NCBI GenBank assembly: GCA_045600365.1
Contig: JAZRXT010000156.1
Coordinates: forward strand, 3,516-67,515
Length of the DNA: 64,000 nucleotides
From: Kiritimatiellia bacterium
Lineage (GTDB): Bacteria > Verrucomicrobiota > Kiritimatiellia > RFP12 > UBA1067
Direction: 5' to 3'
Shown here: piece by piece, positions 62,495-64,000 of the stretch
Position numbering within the stretch: position 1 is the stretch's first letter
Layout: the number at the start of each line of letters is the position of its first letter
Position numbers and translations under genes: made by a program
The notes under the pieces: model-generated
Database searches by the model: none
The model's input: only the letters and a program-made list of their open reading frames with translations
What the model was told of the DNA's origin: nothing

Positions 62495-63205
62495 CTACTG
62501 CACCAGCTCGTAGTCGGCGTTGTTAACAAGATAGAACGGAGTCTTGGAACGGTCGACAAGCCCCTGGCGGCGCTCGACCATGGTCTTGAGCTCGTTTTTG
62601 ATCTTCTTCTGCCAGCTCATGAACTTGTCGTTCTCCCACCACTTCTCGCCGGCCTGGTTCACGTCGCCACTCATGTTCTCGGTGTGGAACGCAAGCTCGT
62701 CACCCTCCTTGTTGGTGATGATCAGCGTCACCGTGACCGGTTCGCCAAAGCGCTCGAGCACCGACGGCGGTAGGCAGACGCTGGCCATGTGACTGCCCTT
62801 CTTGATATCCACATAGCGCACCTGGGTGTTGTAGTAGGAGTACTTTGCCGGCATGTTCTTGGGATCCTTCTCCTTCGCCTTGTCGGAGTCCAGCAGCACA
62901 TGCCAGGAGAAAGTGAGTTCGTCCTGCCACTTCGCCATCGTGGTGTACTTCGTCTCAAGCACGATCCACTGGCGCGGCTTGCCGCCAATCGGGGGCATCA
63001 GCTTGCCATTCGCCTGAAGATTGGGAGCACTCGCCAGACACGTGCCACCCGGACGCGCCGGGGCGTCAATCGTCACATAGGCGTCACGGCCCTTGGCTAC
63101 CGTGGCTCCACCATCGGCCCCCTGGGGGCCCTTGCGCTGTGCAGCGGAAACACTGAACGCGCACGCAAGCACTGCCGCGACCACGACGAATCTCTCTATC
63201 TTCAT
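62495..63205 (-). CDS. Hypothetical secreted protein upstream of the pilus/secretin cluster
   Basis: ATG at 63205 with SD AAAGGAAAG, and signal MKIERFVVVAAVLACAFSVSAA. No family was recognised. Confidence 0.5.
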   Translation of the reverse strand: MKIERFVVVAAVLACAFSVSAAQRKGPQGADGGATVAKGRDAYVTIDAPARPGGTCLASAPNLQANGKLMPPIGGKPRQWIVLETKYTTMAKWQDELTFSWHVLLDSDKAKEKDPKNMPAKYSYYNTQVRYVDIKKGSHMASVCLPPSVLERFGEPVTVTLIITNKEGDELAFHTENMSGDVNQAGEKWWENDKFMSWQKKIKNELKTMVERRQGLVDRSKTPFYLVNNADYELVQ

Positions 63206-63270
63206 TTTGCTTTCCTTTCTGTTTGAAATCGAATTCCGCCTCCCCAAAACAACCGGGACAGCACATTCTA

Positions 63271-64000
63271 TCATAAAACCTTCATCTTTGGCAAGTCCTG
63301 AATGTCCACCATGCCCAAAATCCTGCCCTCACCATCCACCACGGGCAAGTCGTCGATGCGTCTGGCCTCGAACACCCGCAGGAGATCGGAAGCATAGGCA
63401 TCGGCGCCAATCGTGAGCGGGGAACGGGTCATGAAGTTCTCAATACTGGCCTCTTGCACCGAGTCAAGACCGCGAGAGGAGACAACGCGCCTGAAATCAC
63501 CATCGGTGAAGATTCCGAGCAGCCTGCCGTCGGCATCCACAACCGTGGCGGAACCGGCCTGCGCCTTCGTCATCGCCAGCAGCGTGTCAATCACCTTTGC
63601 CGACGGCGCGACCTTCGCGAGCCGCTCGCCAGTGCGCATGATGTCGCGCACCTTCAACACCAGCGCTCGTCCAATCGCACCCGCCGGATGGTTCAGCGCA
63701 TAGCTCGCCTTGTCGAAACGCTGCGCGTCAATAAGCACCATGGCAAGCGCGTCGCCCACCGCCATCGTGGCCGTGGTGGAGTTTGTCGGGGCCATTCCAA
63801 ACGGACACGCCTCGGCCCCGCATGGGATCTCGAGCACGATATCGGAGAGCCCGGCAAGCGTCGACTCCGGGAAGCCCGTGAGCGCCACCACCTTGAGACC
63901 ATGACGGCGCACCGCCGGAATGAGGCGCACCACCTCCTCGCTCTCGCCGGAGAAGCTGAGCGCGAGCAGCACGTCGCCAGACGCGGTCATGCCCAGATCT
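63271..64000 (-). CDS. KpsF/GutQ/KdsD-family arabinose-5-phosphate isomerase (SIS + tandem CBS domains), partial - N-terminus beyond window end
   Basis: The SIS domain reads VLLALSFSGESEEV ... GAIGRALVLKVRD. The CBS pair reads IDTLLAMTKAQAGSATVVDADGRLLGIFTDGDFRR and ASDLLRVFEARRIDDLPVVDGEGRILGMVDIQD. Confidence 0.8.
   Translation of the reverse strand, partial: DLGMTASGDVLLALSFSGESEEVVRLIPAVRRHGLKVVALTGFPESTLAGLSDIVLEIPCGAEACPFGMAPTNSTTATMAVGDALAMVLIDAQRFDKASYALNHPAGAIGRALVLKVRDIMRTGERLAKVAPSAKVIDTLLAMTKAQAGSATVVDADGRLLGIFTDGDFRRVVSSRGLDSVQEASIENFMTRSPLTIGADAYASDLLRVFEARRIDDLPVVDGEGRILGMVDIQDLPKMKVL

Noticed and set aside
1-64000. CRISPR arrays, tRNA/rRNA genes, IS elements, integrases, prophage genes
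   Set aside because: I found no spacer/repeat periodicity and no tRNA T-loop/acceptor signatures in intergenic regions. No transposase or integrase-like ORFs are present. The only tandem repeat is the in-frame 18-nt repeat inside the secretin gene.

Overview
This is a high-GC (~63-66%) bacterial chromosomal segment. The gene content points to a Verrucomicrobia/PVC-type organism. Evidence includes a fused SecDF, PATR/beta-helix giant surface proteins, a planctomycete-type cytochrome c (PSCyt-like) protein, an Amuc_1098-1102-like pilM-N-O-P-Q secretin module and a eukaryote-type hexokinase. I support about 45 protein-coding genes, mostly on the minus strand, tightly packed and frequently coupled by ATGA/TGATG overlaps. 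I saw no rRNA, tRNA, CRISPR array, transposase or integrase.

The window falls into six functional blocks:
- 1-12.4 kb: a sugar-utilisation locus. An AraC/XylR-type regulator is divergent from a beta-helix lyase-like / glycoside hydrolase / hexokinase operon, with 13-nt direct repeats between them and a PATR giant surface protein alongside.
- 12.5-15.8 kb: a TolB-like propeller protein with C-terminal CXXCH cytochrome domains.
- 15.9-24.2 kb: a secDF-acp-acp-(membrane+AMP-ligase)-FabZ-like-LolA-like-(MMPL exporter+LPLAT acyltransferase) operon. It resembles the accessory half of aryl-polyene/xanthomonadin clusters but has no ketosynthase or ketoreductase and carries two gene fusions. This is the best candidate for an undescribed lipid loading/remodelling/export system.
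- 24.3-36.3 kb: housekeeping genes (EpmA-like, NnrD-type dehydratase, DUF1343/NamZ-like, LpxI, amidase, GpmI, an SstT-like transporter). They are interrupted by an odd ~1 kb region of low third-position GC and a Gly/Pro/Arg- and Tyr-rich secreted protein.
- 36.3-47.8 kb: secreted glycoside hydrolases, an FPLWY-repeat lipoprotein, small membrane proteins sharing promoter/operator motifs, a 3D-domain protein, an FkbO/Hyg5-type chorismatase-like gene, and tatD with a coupled small ORF.
- 47.9-64 kb: uvrA, a GT-C/TPR membrane protein, rho, coaE and the secretin cluster, ending in a partial kpsF/kdsD-like gene.

Several near-consensus sigma70 promoters (TTGACA-16/17-TGnTATAAT) are readable directly. 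At least three genes appear to be leaderless.
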